Assembly: GCA_951406725.2 (NCBI GenBank)
Contig: OX597815.1
Span: 195,424,001-195,488,000 of the forward strand
Direction of reading: 5' to 3'
Source of the DNA: Octopus vulgaris
Lineage: Eukaryota
Length of the DNA stretch: 64,000 nt
The notes under the pieces are model-generated. The model was not told the origin of the DNA. It worked only from the letters and a program-made list of their open reading frames with translations, and did not search any database. Shown here piece by piece: positions 1-14,195 of this stretch. Position 1 is the first letter of the stretch. Every line of letters starts with the position of its first letter. A program made the translations under genes and the position numbers.

Positions 1-2342
1 ACATCTATGAATAAGAAGTGTAACTATGATAACTGGTTCTCTGGGCATAATAGCAAAATGCGTTCTTAAATTCTATGACCAAATGGAAGAAACCCTCAAA
101 CTACAACTATTTCATCCTTATGAAATTACTGTTAACTAGAAAATACGTGATTCTATTACAACATTGAAACTGAAATGTTACAAATTTACCAGAATCTGTC
201 TTCTCAGAGTCTGCTCTCCGTTCTCTAAAACATACCACTGTTAGACATGAATAACACTCAAAATAAAGCATCTAGCTTCAGACTTGGAATACATTGTATA
301 AGACAAAGAAACGAGTTAAAGATCAGTAACAATAATATTAATCTTAGAATTTATTACTCAGAATGACTTGGAAAGTTATGGAAATATGGAGTGTGAAAGG
401 AAGTTGAGCACGCTTACGAACACGGAGAAGGTGTAGGCTGAACATGTGTACGTGCCTCTAAAATATGGAAATTCTTGCTAAGAATTTGAAAGGTAGACAG
501 ACATACAAAAGCATCTATACACACACGTACACACAAAAATGTATGTATGGATATGTGTATATATGCTGCTGCACTTACTCACATATGTAACTGCATACAC
601 GCAGAATTGCTCTGAATTATATTAATGAAAGAAACGAAGAAAGTTGACTGGTTTGGTTGAGTTAGAGCACTCCACGACTCTGTTTACTTAATTATTTCCG
701 TTGTTAGTAAATGCAACCAATTTCACTCTGAGACTTTTTTTTTCAGATATCTTGAGTATAGTCTCTTTCATGTTGGGTATAATATGTATGCTGCCTTCTT
801 TGTGTACATAATTGCTTTTGAGTCTACAAATCCTTCAGCGAGACATTAGCACCAGTGATGCGTAATATTGTCTATTAACCGTTTGCTAGTTTGTCGAAAA
901 TTAAAACAACAAAGTCACAAAAATAACAAAACCATAATATTAGTTCATCGTTGCTATCAGTTTCTTTGTTCTAAGTATAGTACCGAGGAATTTCCATATC
1001 TCAAAGAACTTGCATCTTCTCAACTCTTCGCTTTGTTTTAAATTATGTTTTCGTTTCAAGTACTTCACCCATCCTTTATACATTTTCAGCTGTATTGTTT
1101 TTTTACTCATCTCCTGAGGAAGGTCAGATATTGAACATTTTTACTTCAATAGGAAGCGGGTTTTAGCTAATTGATTTTTTGATACTCTATCTAAAATGAC
1201 TTCACTTTGCCATCCCCCGAAAGTTAGCCGATGGAGCGCTTATGATTGGGTTACGTTGTTGTTCTTGTTTTTATTATAATTCTTCCTTACTTATTTTCCA
1301 TTTTCCCTTACTATATGCATTTCAGCTCCTTCTAATCAAAAGCATATTTTACTTAAACAAATGCAGAAACTAGGCTTTCAGCGTTCTGTCAGTTATTTTA
1401 TTATTCTATACTCTTTCTCTCTATGCCTTTTACTAGGTACAGTATTTGTATAGCTAGTCGGTCTTGTAAATTCATTTTCAAACCCCCTCCATGCGCGAGA
1501 AGACAAACACTTTCGATGGCATTCTATCTCACACCGATACAAGTGTGACGACCAATCACGAATCTATTTCGTTTCCAATATTAATGTAACTACCATCACT
1601 CGCGTGTCTATTTCGCCAATAAAGTGTACAAAATTTATATATGTATGTATATATAATTGCACGTATGCTGCACAATCTTAACCCATGTTTTGGCACTTTG
1701 TCCAATTGTAAAGTTACAATTAAGATTGGGGTATCCTCCCCCGATAAAACTTGAAAAGTTTAATGCAATACTTCACCAGAAGGTTATTTAATCCATTCAC
1801 GCGCTTTCGTTATCAAAGATATACATTTTCCTGTTTACCGCCCCTGGTTTAGATCCCAGGGAAGAATCCGTATTCTGTTTTATGAAGTTCTTCCAGTTTT
1901 CTTGTTTTATTGCAACAATTGAATGAGTTCGTGCCTTCAGACCACAGACAACAGTATCTGATATCTCGACTGGGCTGCTTCTGCTCTTGTAGTTGTTATT
2001 ATATTCAGTGTCTCCAGGACTTATCTATGAAGAATTCGAGTATTTAATTTTTCACTAACCTGTTCATTTTCTTCATCTACTTCAAGATATGTGCTGAGTT
2101 ATATGATTTGTGGCATAGCTATGAATGGTAAACAATTTAAATATGGAAATGTAACGTCTGTATATCAAATTGTAGTTCAGTTTGAAAAGCATGGGACGGA
2201 AATTTCATCGGGTAATGATGTATGAATGAGACGCAAAAAAATTATATATATATATATACATATGTATATACTTATTCGTACTACGTCAGTCAACACTAGA
2301 AAAACCACAATAATGATAATAATAATGATAATAATAATAACA

Positions 2343-2421
<79 letters not shown>

Positions 2422-2584
2422 TAATAAAGCTGTGCAATGGCAATGATAATGATAATATTAGACAGGAAAACAAGAAAAATAATGACATGATTTAGGATGC
2501 ACTACATAAAATTTGACATAGAAAGACGATATATACAAGGTATCGAAGGTTGTAATGCATGTACCTAGTATACTATTAGTGGGG

Positions 2585-3325
2585 TATTCCTGATGGGTAT
2601 ATTAGGCTTTGTATATTTGTATCTCAGTGTCACTTTGATGGCTTGCGCAGCTCTGATTTCAACTTATTGCAAGTGTTACAATGTACATTGTTTTGTGTTG
2701 GTATAAACGATGGGCTACAGCAAATATTTTGCTCAATACCACTGATTTGCTGGTCAGTTGCTTGACCATAGCCAATTGAGTATGTCTGTTTGTGGCTGAC
2801 GATATGTGTATTTCTGATCACACGCAGAAGTAGTGGGGAAGCATCATAAGCATGTGTTCAGGGGAATTCTGTGAAGTTTGGTTAATTCACCTCTGGAAAG
2901 ATGAGTGTTTCATTCAACAACATTAAACAGACCTTATTCACGGACCGTTTGAGCGGGATATGCTACTGGACCTGAAGAAAATTCTATCTGGCCCTACCTG
3001 CAAGGTCATGCGCTGTTTATCTTCACATGAAATCACCATGTCGCGCACATATGGTTGTGATGCATGTGCCTGGTGTACCCTTACCAGACGGGTAGTCATG
3101 ATGGGTATACTGTGTTACGCATATACATCCCTCTGTCCTTTGGAAATGTTATCATGTATATTGTTATTTCTAGGTATAAAAGATGGGTTACAGCAAATAT
3201 TCTGCTCAATACCACAGATTTTCTTGTCAGTTATTTGACCTTAACCAGTTAAGAAGGTTCCTTAGTGGCTGACGATATGTGCATCACTGACCACTTTGAT
3301 GGCTTGCGTTGCTCTGTCACTCAGT
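2585..3325 (+). mobile_element. (AAT/AAC)n-associated ~600-bp non-coding repeat, rearranged copy
   Basis: Homologous to 3399-3650, 11668-11887 (-) and 32803-33270; ends ...CTCT.TCACTCA followed by (TAA/CAA)n. Confidence 0.75.
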
Positions 3326-3328
3326 AAT

Positions 3329-3381
<53 letters not shown>

Positions 3382-3719
3382 CGACGACAACAATATAATG
3401 CCCTGATGCAATACAAGGCAGTGTTTCTCAAGGCTTTTGCGCTTAACTGATTAGAAGTGTTTTCATGCATATTCTTTTGTATTGCTATAAAAGATGGGCT
3501 ACAGTAAATATTCTGCTCAATACCACAGATTCACTTATCGGTTGTTTGACCATCACCAATTGAACATGTCCCTTAGTGGCTGATGCTATGTGCATCTCTG
3601 ATCACGAGCAGAGTACTTGGGAAGCATCATAGTCATGTGTTTAGAAATACCGCGAAGCATTTCGTCCAGCGAGCTAACGGTGATGATGATGATGATCATA
3701 GTAATGATATTAATCATTT

Positions 3720-4600
3720 TTACTATAGGCACAAAGCCTCGCATTTTAGTGGGGGATAGTTGATTACATCGACCCCAGTACTTGACTGGGTATACTCCGA
3801 TACGATGAAAAGCAAAATTGACCTCGGCCGAGTGCGTAACTGGTACTTATTTAATCGACCCCGAAAGGATGAAAGGCAAAGTTGACCTCGGCGGAATTTG
3901 AGCTCAGAACGTAACAGCTGACGAAATACCTATTTCTTTACTACCCCCAAGGGGCTAAACAAAGAGAGGACAAACAAGGACAGACAAACGGAATCAAGTC
4001 GATTACATCGACCTCCGTGCGTAACTGGTACTTATTTAATCGACCCTTAAAAGATGAAAGGCAAAGTTGACCTCGGCGGAATTTGAACTCAAAACGTAGC
4101 GGCAGGCGAATTACCGCAAAGCATTTCGCCCGGCATGCTAACGATTCTGCAAGCTCGCCGCTTTTCTCACAGACGAAATAATACCTATTTCTTTACTACC
4201 CACAAGGGGCTAAACACAGAAGGGACAAACAATGACAGACAAACGGATTAAGTCGATTATATCGACCCCAGTGCGTAACTGGTACTTAATTTATCGACCC
4301 CGAAAGGATGAAAGGCATTGTCGAACTTGGCGGAATTTGAACTCAGAAAGTAAAGGCACACGAAATACCTATTTCTTTATTACCCACAAGGGGCTAAACA
4401 CAGAGGGGCAAACAAGGACAGACATAGGTATTAAGTCGATTACATTGACCCCAGTGCGTAACTGGTACTTAATTTATCGACCCCGAAAGGATGAAAGGCA
4501 AAGTCGACCTCGGCGGAATTTGAACTCAGAACGTAACGCAGACGAAATACCGCTATGCACTTCGTCCGACGTGCTAACGATTCTGCCTGCTCGCCGCGTT
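3720..4600 (-). mobile_element. Cluster/tandem array of a tRNA-like SINE with a conserved central domain
   Basis: Repeated ~180-bp units with GTCGACTTTGCCTTTCATCCTTTCGGGGTCGATAAATTAAGTACC (resembles the Meta/Nin-type central domain); junctions read AAAGAAATAG|GTATTTCGT. Confidence 0.85.
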
Positions 4601-5193
4601 GATTTTAGCAATGATATTAATAACAACGACAACAACTTTAGAAATAATGAGAATAATAATTGTTACTATTGAAAAGAAGAAAATGAACAAAGAAGAAAAC
4701 TAGTTTAATATAGGCGTAAGGTCTGAAAATTGGTATGGGGGCAAGAATTTGTTGATTACATCAACTTAGTACCAGTAATTCGATTAACCAACCTCGGAAC
4801 GTGAATAGCAAAGTCAATCATATTATGATTTTTGCTATTCCTATTTCGTTATGACTGTTGCAGATGTATTACTGTTAATAAAATATTCTCTAATTATGAA
4901 TTTCAGTAAACTCTCACACCAATAGCCTTCTTTGATTGGATATCGCTATTTGAAAAGATATAAGAGAGCAGGAAGTAAATGTGAATAAGTGCATAGAGAA
5001 CAAATTTATAGCTACACTAATTATTGCAGTACTTGTTTATCGAATTAAAAGAGAAAATTCTAGTTACTGGAAAGTTGTTTATCTGTTTAACGTCGGTTGT
5101 ATTGTATGCTTATATGGAAAAATGATTTATGTATTATGTCTGTCACCTTAAGGAAGAGAAAGCCTATATAAATAATGTTTATGCACAATGATA

Positions 5194-5577
5194 TGTATAT
5201 AAAGCTGAAGTTGTCTCTGTATGGTAGGTTTGTAGCCTTCAACTAACAATATCTCCTCCGACACCCTGCGGCGCAAGTTGACCAAAATTGACAGTATGAT
5301 AGAAGAAGGTTTGCTCTTCCTTTCATAGAAGACAAAATTCAATTCGGACCATGTTAACACCAACAATTATTTACATCAAAAAGGTGGTTTTTTCTATGAA
5401 AATCCCTATTTTTACGATTTTCTGACTGCTGTGTCGCCATTTTTCGGTGTATGTCAACCAGAAAAATGTTCACTTAAAGAGAATAACAAGCTACATAATG
5501 CAAAATTGTTACTTTTCAAAAGTTCCAATTCTAAAGGGCGGAAACAAACCCGAGCAACGCCGGGCGATACTGCTAGT
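5194..5577 (+). mobile_element. Non-autonomous Helitron-like element
   Basis: 3' GC hairpin CCCGAGCAACGCCGGG (5549-5564) followed 8 nt later by CTAG-T; 5' T.TATATAAAG start. Confidence 0.65.
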
Positions 5578-7221
5578 GATATATAAAACGAAGCATTCAA
5601 AGAAGTCTCAAAACTAATCAGCGATACAAACATTTAAAGCATAGTTACAAGGGGCTGGATACCATAATGTACATTAAACATTATATTATACATACATACA
5701 TACATACATACATACATACATACATACATACATACATACATACATACATACATCTGTCTGTCTGGAAAAGCTTGGATTTTCGGAGAAGGAAAACAACCAT
5801 TTGATTCGCACATCACAAATGCAATCTGAAAACGGAACAATAAAACGATGCAAGACTTTTCTAAGGTTTAAAATGTGACATTACTTTCTTTGTTTATATT
5901 TCAAAGGCGGTATATATTCAAGCATTCATATATATTCAGAAAGGAATCCCTTGACTCTGAAATAAACTGAGGATCGAAAGAGCAACGAAAGCTCATGGAA
6001 AGTACGTTAAAATCGTGTGTGGACTGGTAGAATTACCATCATTAAAATCAAGCCACATGTCTAGGAGTCGTGTGTCATAACTGCCTTTTATTCTCTTTTG
6101 AGCCTCGGTTTATAAACTGTTGTCGCATTTAAGCCTTGGAAAAATTCTATCAAGTGTAACTTAGGAGGATATTAAAATTTAAACGGCAGTGTTTAACATC
6201 AGCCATTATTGACTTCCAGCTCGTGAAGATATTAAGTAATGAGATGCTCCTTACATGCAATCAGATGCATTGGGCTGGTAACTTTAACAGGATGTAGTAT
6301 ATCATTTTATATAGGCAATTGTTTAACATTGATCGGACAGAAGCTAATGAAATGTTTTATGACTGAAAAAGAAAAATGGGAGTAGATGATGGAAAATCGA
6401 TCGACTAGGAAAGAAGTGGTCTATGATCGTTGCAAATTTTTTAAAGATAGAGAAGCGAACAGTCAATTTTGAAGCGGGAACTTCGTAGACAGGGCTCTGA
6501 AAATGTTTATATCGTCTGCAGTTTTCCGACGCCGGATTTGCTCGTCATATGAGATATCATAACAACAATTACTAATAGAAGAGATAGCTTTCTGTAAAGG
6601 AGTGGTAATAACCATATTATGCATTACTTATGAGAGAATACAATTACAGAAACAAAATGTTAGAAGTATATATTTATTATACAGTATTGTTAGATGCAGA
6701 TATGTGTCAAAACTGTCAGCTTGTGTTTCATCATGAATTTTTGATCATACATTTCCAGGCATAATGAAATAGAGAAGCGAGTATATTACATCTGTACTGT
6801 GGAGAACTGTAGAAGGTATATATCGCAGATTTTAAACGTATTCCATATAACTGCTGCTGTTGTCATTCTGGCTGATTATTCTGGCATGTTTCTGAGAAAT
6901 TTCATATTGTGTAAACAAGACATTGCGTTCTTTTAATTGAGTTCCTGACGTCAAATTATTATTTCTATTACTGCTGTTATTTCTGTTGCTGCTTGCTGCT
7001 TATACAAGAGTTGCAATGAGTTGCAAGTAATGCGAAATCCTGTTTACATGCTTAAATCTGTACTCTGCAGATTGGAAGGCGTATGTTTCATGTACACTGC
7101 ATTTGAATGCACATTAATATAGACCTACAGATTTCTACTTCTTTGGGAATGTGTATCAGAATCTCAGTTCAATGACAAATTCATGCTGGGCACTAAAAGT
7201 TCATGATCGTCTGCATATTTA

Positions 7222-7410
7222 GGCGCAGGAGTGGCTGTGTTATAAGTAGCTTGCTTACCAGCCACGTGGTTCCGGGTTCAGTCCCACTAGGTGGCATCTT
7301 GGGCAAGTGTCTTCTACTATAGCCTCGGGTCGACCAAAGCCTTGTGAGTGGATTTGGTAGACGGAAACTGAAAGAAGCCCATCGTATATATGTATATATA
7401 TATATGTGTG

Positions 7411-7443
<33 letters not shown>

Positions 7444-7628
7444 CCAACATCACTTGACAACCGATGTTGGTGTGTTTGCGTTCCCGTAACTTAATGGTTC
7501 GGTCAAAAAGACCGATAGAATAAGAACTAGGCTTACAAAGAATAAGTCCTGGGGTCGATTTGCTCGACTAAAGGCGGTGCTCCAGCATGGTTGCAGTCAA
7601 ATGACTGAAACAAGTAAAAGAGTAAAGA
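7222..7628 (+). mobile_element. tRNA-derived SINE with an internal (TA/TG)n tract and (AGTAAAAG)n tail
   Basis: Head GGCGCAGGAGTGGCTGTG..TAAG...GGTTCAGTCCC (A/B boxes). Paralogues at 16824-17202(-), 19447-19846, 39549-39966, 45984-46257(-), 46601-47058, 63013-63433(-). Confidence 0.85.
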
Positions 7629-8254
7629 TAAAAGTAGTATTGAAAGCATAGGCACCGAGATTATAATTTACAAAAACATCAACTCTAAATGTGAAGAACA
7701 ACACACGGTGTAAAGTTTACCGAATAAAGAATAGAGAGTACAGAAAAACTGTAAACCTAGCGACATCCAAGTATTGATGTGCATGAAGGATAAACTTCAT
7801 TTATTACTGTAGAGCTCTTTTAGGCCATCTGTGAATTTTCTCTTGGGTATGCAATTTCTAGGCAAACCATCACATGGTTTAATAAGACGTGAACATATAC
7901 GTCGTGGATTGGCTAGGTCAGTTGCCTTCAACCTTGGCGGGTATGTGATTTTGACGAGCCCTACAAAAATAGTGAAACACCTGGTATCCATCATTCTTTA
8001 ATGAGATTGAGGGGGAGTTACCTCGCCTGTCCATTACTCTTATGTGTTTTAAGATTCGGCTTTTGAGAGGGTATATTGCAAACACTGCAATATACACGAG
8101 AATGAAATGTATGTATTTAATAGACAATATCAATAATATTGACACGTCTATTCAAATAGTGAGTTTAAAATATAATATTTACTATAATATAATATATATT
8201 ATAAAATATAAAATATTACAAAATATATTATATTATAAATTATAATATTGATAT

Positions 8255-8375
8255 ATTATAAAATATAAAATATTATGAAATAAAAAATATTATAAAATAT
8301 AAAATATTATGAAATAAAAAATATTATAAAATATAAAATATTATGAAATAAAAAATATTATAAAATATAAAATAT
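8255..8375. repeat. AT-rich 34-bp minisatellite (~3.5 units)
   Basis: ATTATAAAATATAAAATATTATGAAATAAAAAAT repeated. Confidence 0.9.
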
Positions 8376-9465
8376 AATATTTACTCTTTAAAATATAATA
8401 TTTACTATCAATGCAACATTTCTGGAAACAGAATTTCACAGACACTAAGATTATTTGATTGATAATGTTTAAGTTGAGGTAGATCATGTAATCTGTATAT
8501 TACTTGAACAGAAATCTCGTAGAGCCGCGAAAAAGCATGTGTGTATATATGCATATATCGACATACATATACGCTTGTATCTTTAAATTCTTATATTCTT
8601 TTATACGTTTCAGTCCTATGCCACTTCATGCGAATCCCAGGCATCAGTCTGCCGAACGGTGTCACCCGGTGGGCGTTGTACTGCATCGTGGTGCGTCTTA
8701 GTACTTCTCCACTATTCGTCGAATGTTGTGATGGCAGAAACGAAGGGACAGCGTACTTCCGTGACATTCTGATTTCTGATGGGGGAAAACGTCAGCCAAA
8801 ACAGTCGTTATGCTTCAAACAGCTTACCAGGACGTTGCCATGAGCAAAACAAGTTTATGTGTGACTCCCAAGCTTTGGGAATGTATAACTTTCCATTAGT
8901 AATTTAAAATTTTAAAGGAAAAAATACTCGATAATTGATGAACGCATAAAGAAGCATTAATATATATTCATTGGGGAATTCGCGAATACATCCAGGCTAA
9001 AATGATTTATATTCAACACAAGATTTTCAATTGATTGGACTTCGCAAAAGAAAATCCAATTAACCAGGCGCTAGTGACGAATCACACACCAGGTTGAGTT
9101 AACCACCCAAGTACATTTTGGCTTGATTAGATCAAAGGTTGGAAAAACTCGGTATTTATAAAAAAAAATCTCGATTGCTTCATGGTTACCAAGTCCACCA
9201 ATACTTCTAAAATGGTACATTTTCATTGACACCGAAATTATGGACAAATCGATCTGACAAGATTTGCAATCGAAAAACAGTATCCGTAATATCAAATGAG
9301 GGGTATTCAATCTTACGATGTAATGCAAGGCCGCCTATGCCTGCATGTAAAAACATGATTATGTTTTATGTTTCACGTCTCACATTTGAAAAATAAGTCA
9401 ACGTATACTCTCTAATACTTCTGAGGCTGCCATTCAAAAGCCAACGACTAATTCTATTATTATTT

Positions 9466-9525
<60 letters not shown>

Positions 9526-9599
9526 GACAGAGAGAGAGAGAAAATATCATTATTTCTAATTCTCTCTAAAGGAGACTACGACAGCGGTTCTGGATATTA

Positions 9600-9880
9600 A
9601 TAGTTATTACCAAGCTAACATTGCAATCCAGAAATATAGGACGAATGCTGTCGTTGATTAGCTCCAAGACGCCATTGCCTCTATCTAACTATGTGACACA
9701 CAAACCTGTGTCCATTATAACCTTCGAACAGGGGAGGTCAGCAGCTCCTGTTCGAAGGTTATAATGGACACAGGTTTGTGTGTCACATAGCTAGCTAGAG
9801 GCAATGACCTCTTGGAGCTAATCAACGGCAGCATTCGTCCTATTTTTTCTGAACTGCTATGTTAGCTTTGCGATAACTTT
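9600..9880. repeat. Fold-back (inverted duplication) of the hammerhead-repeat family
   Basis: ~130-bp arms. The inner 44 bp are perfect (9689-9732 vs 9747-9790) around a 14-nt loop; the outer arms carry mismatches. Confidence 0.9.
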
Positions 9881-9893
9881 ATATATATATCAA

Positions 9894-10119
9894 GGCGGTG
9901 AGCTGGCAGGACCGTTAGAACGCCGGGCGAAATGCGTAACCGTATTTCGTCTGCCGTTACGCTCTGGGCTCAAATTTCGCCGAGGTTGACTTTGCCTTTC
10001 ATCCTTTCGGGGTCGATAAATTAAGTACCAGTTACGCACTGGGGTCGATGTAATCGATTTAATCCATTTGTCTGTCCTTGTTTGTCCCCTCTGTGTTTTG
10101 CCCCTTGTGGGCAATAGAG

Positions 10120-10123
<4 letters not shown>
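9894..10123 (+). mobile_element. Monomer of the same central-domain SINE
   Basis: GGCGGTGAGCTGGCAG head through a ...GCCCCTTGTGGGCAATAGAGAAAT end. Confidence 0.85.
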
Positions 10124-10169
<46 letters not shown>

Positions 10170-10627
10170 CTATCATTCACTCCTTTGAATATGTTGTGAC
10201 GTGATGATATAAATATTCAAAACTTCCATCTGATAAGTATAGACACGCAGGCACACACATACAAAAACACACATTACACACTCACAGATCAAACACACGT
10301 ATACACGCATACACTGTCACACACACACACACATACACACATACTGACAGACATATATTTACAAGATGTAGCTTTGTAGATCGTTACTTTTAACTTTTCT
10401 ATTCTCCACTTCGACTATTTTATTTATGTGCGAATGTGTTTGCAGCCCGTCCATGTGTGCGCATATGAATCGTCTTTGTTTTCTAATTATTGCATCTTGT
10501 CACATTATAATTTCCCCCTCAATCTCTCGTCGTGGCAATATACTACACAGAGGCACCTTAATTTATGCGCAAGTAACTTCATATTTAATAGAAATGCCGG
10601 TGAAATATTCAGCTATCACTAAACTGT

Positions 10628-11008
10628 GGAGGCGCAATGGCCCAGTGGTTAGGGCAGCGGACTCGCGGTCATAGGATCGCGGTTTCGATTCCCATACCGG
10701 GCGTTGTGAGTGTTTATTGAGTGAAAACACCTAAAGCTACACGAGGCTCCAACGGGGGGTGGTAGCGAACCCTGCTGTACTCTTCCACCACAACTTTCTC
10801 TCACTCTTACTTCCTGTTTCTGTTGTACCTGTATTTCAAAAGGCCGGCCTTGTCACTCTCTGTGTCACGCTGAATATCCCCGAGAACTACGTTAAGGGTA
10901 CACGTGTCTGTGGAGTGCTCAGCCACTTACACGTTAATTTCACGAGCAGGCTGTTCCGTTGATTCGGATCAACCGGAACCGTCGTCGTCGTAACCGGCGG
11001 AGTGCTTC
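10628..11008 (+). mobile_element. tRNA-derived SINE, head A + tail X
   Basis: GGAGGCGCAATGGCCCAGTGGTTAGGGCAGCGG...GTTTCGATTCCC head; tail ...GTGCTCAGCCACTT.CACGTTAATTTCACGAGCAGGCTG...GGAGTGCT. Confidence 0.85.
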
Positions 11009-11469
11009 CTCCTCCTATCACTAAACTAGATTTGTAACTCTTAATCACATTAAAAGCAAAACAATATAAATAATATCATTTCACCTCTAACCTCAACGAA
11101 GATGTAGAGCTGTGTTTATTTATCCTATAATAACTAGACAATGGTTAATACGATAAATAAACACAACACTGCTTCTGTGCGTCTGCCATCACCGGTAATA
11201 CATATTTTTCCATGGCGTTTGTAACATTCTCCTCTGATATTAACTTTATCGATTTCTTCCATACCGTACAAGTAATGTTTTCAATATTCGTTATTGCGTT
11301 TATCTTAACAATTCTCTCTTTCTTTTGATCTCTTACAATTTAATCTGCCAGTGTATCTTAACGTCTCAAAACTTACTTTCGTTTCATTTGTTCTTTCTGA
11401 TGTGACATGTAAATGTGTACCTTATTATTACAGCACCAGCAGGAGACAGAACCGTAGCAGGAGCTAAAG

Positions 11470-11652
<183 letters not shown>

Positions 11653-11667
11653 TACTAGTATTGTTAT

Positions 11668-11887
11668 TGAGTGAGAGGGCAGTGCATGCCATCAAAGTGA
11701 CACTGGGGTAAAACATACAAAGCCCAGTATACCCATCATGATTACCCGTCTGATAAGGGTACACCAGGCACATGCTTCACAACCACATGTGCGCGACATG
11801 GAGATCTCATATCAAGATTAACAGCATATGACCTTGCAGGTGGGGCCCAGTTAGAATTTTCTTCTGGTCGAGTAACCCATCCCGCTC
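11668..11887 (-). mobile_element. (AAT)n-associated repeat, 3' fragment
   Basis: Reverse complement of ~33050-33270; co-oriented with and adjacent to the Dong/R4 fragment. Confidence 0.8.
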
Positions 11888-11945
<58 letters not shown>

Positions 11946-12511
11946 GCTTTCACTTCACTACTGAGCGCAGCTCTGTGTGCCTTGGGTATGTGCTGTGATT
12001 TGTTGTGATGCTCTGATGGTTATTGTATGGAAAGTGTTCTGCGTAGGATGTGTGCAGTGCCTAGTAGTGCAATTTTATGTATGTTATATGTGTTTGTAAG
12101 TCCTGGTGTTTTTGTTATGTATTTGTCTGAATATTTTTTTACCATGCCTAATGCACCTACTATGATAGGAATTGTTTCTGTTTTCAGATTCCACATTCTA
12201 GTTACCTCTATTTCCAGGTCTTTGTATTTTGAGAGTTTCTCCATTTCTTTTAGAGACACGTTGTCATCTGCCGGTATTGATACATCAATGAGAAAGCATT
12301 TTTTTCCTTCATGATCTCTGACAACTATATCTGGTCTGTTGGCCTTAATTTCTCTATCTGTGTGTATCGGCATATCCCAGAGTATGGTTGCTTTCTCGTT
12401 TTCTGTGACCTTTTCTGGTGTGTGCCTATACCATCTTTTTTCTGTTGTTATTCCATAATGTTGGCATAGCTTCCAATGTATGTAGGTTCCAACTCTGTCA
12501 TGTCTGTGAAT
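11946..12511 (-). mobile_element. 5'-truncated Dong/R4-type non-LTR retrotransposon (restriction-like endonuclease domain + 3'UTR)
   Basis: Minus frame IHRHDRVGTYIHWKLC...ILWD...NRPDIVV...LIDVSIP...EKLSKYKDL...IPIIVGALG (RHD and PD..D RLE motifs), stop at 12020. Embedded between (TAA)n tracts at 11888-11945 and 12511-12548, the known Dong target. Confidence 0.85.
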
Positions 12512-13108
12512 ATTATTATTATTATTATTATTATTATCATTATTATTAGTAGTAGTAGTAGCAGCAGCAGCAGCAGCAGTAGTAGTAGTTATAGTAGTTG
12601 TAGTAGTAGAAGTAGTAGTAGTAGTAGTCGTAGTAGCTATATTAATAGTAGTAGTAGTAGTAGTATTGTTGGAGGCATTGGTGGTGACGGTGTTGCTGTT
12701 GATGATGGCAGTAATAATGGTGGTGATGGTGTGGCGATGGTGGCGGCGATAGATGTAATTCTCTTTATCGTTTTAAGCATTTAGGGAGACGGAGCTGCAA
12801 CAGCAGCAATGGCGACAATCATAAGACTGGATATCTTAGGCAAGTTTTGGAAGCGATTGTTTGAAATGCAGTAGTGTCGCGTGTCATAGTGTTTATAGTG
12901 TTAATCTCATTATTGAGGGCACCACCACCACCAGCAGAACTAACAGAAGCAAAACCAGCAAAAGTAGCAGTAATAGCAGCGGTATTAGTAGCCACAGTAT
13001 TGTGAGGGGGGGGTACTAGTATTAGTGGTAGGTGCACCAGTAGAAGCGGCAGCAGGAGCAGCGGCAGTAGCAATAGTAGTAGTTGTAGTAGCAGCAGCAG
13101 CAGCAGTA

Positions 13109-13236
<128 letters not shown>

Positions 13237-14004
13237 ATTGATGTAAACAGCAGTAGAAGTAACAACAGTAAAACTTGTCAGATTGTTATTAAATGACTAG
13301 TATTCGAGAAGGTCTATTGATATATTTTGCCCCTGCGCGTCCTGACACGCCCTAAAGGAGTTCAGACTGTAACTGTCTATAACTTATTTTCTGATATATC
13401 TAAAAGTACATTCTGTAATGTGTCTTACCTACTTTAAGAGGATAAAGTTTTATTTGAAAGTGAAGTCTATTATATCCAGAAACCTATTTCTTATTGGCGT
13501 TATCCTTCCGAAGGGATTAGTGTTTGATAGTGTGCACTGCTAGAGAAAAAATATGGCACATTGTCGACAATTCCTGTCATTTCGAACTAGGTTTTGGGTG
13601 TTAAATATTACGCTGGGTTTAATTAAAAAATTGCTTTACTGTTTCATACCTGACCAGTGGGACTTTCTAAGGGTATTTCGACAAGTATTTCTTTCGTTTC
13701 TATTTTCCTGTGATTTAAAGGAGAATTGCCAATCATATGTCGCAGTTCAAACAGGCATGTAAAGGACATACAGTTTCATGTTTACCATTATGTTTATTAT
13801 CATTACTAAATTGTATTATTAATCAACCAGCTTGGCTCCTTTTACGATAGATATCAAAAGCCTTTCAGTTTCGAATTAACCTTTCCTCTCGCAAGATTGT
13901 ATGAAACAATGTAGTAATAATCAAGGCATGTTATCATTTGAAATCTGTACATACTTCCACTGAAATGTGTGATCTCGTGACACTGTTATGAGATCATTAT
14001 TAAT

Positions 14005-14195
14005 ATTCTTTTCTACTCTAGACACATGTCCCAAAATTTTGGGGTTGGGGCCAGTCGACTGGTACTTAATTTATCGACCCCGAAAGGAAGAAAGGCAAAG
14101 TTGACTTCGGCGGAATTTGAACTCAGAACGTAAAAACTGACGAAATACCGCTAAGCATTTCGCTCGGTGTGCTAACGATTCTGCCAGCTCGCTGC
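14005..14195 (-). mobile_element. Central-domain SINE, internally deleted copy
   Basis: Matches the head and core of 9894-10123. Confidence 0.75.

Noticed and set aside
3780-4560. CRISPR-like regularly repeated sequence
   Set aside because: Units are ~180-bp SINE bodies without unique spacers, in a eukaryotic context with no cas genes.
4232-4672. Recurring ORFs with STPVRNWYLIYRPRKDER
   Set aside because: Antisense translation of the non-coding SINE; the similarity reflects repeat copies.
7680-8160. Possible LINE or exon remnants here and at ~44640-45010 and ~63480-63900
   Set aside because: Only faint motif hints; too degraded to call without a profile search.
10628-10705. Genuine tRNA genes at SINE heads
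   Set aside because: Imperfect cloverleaves that continue directly into SINE bodies.
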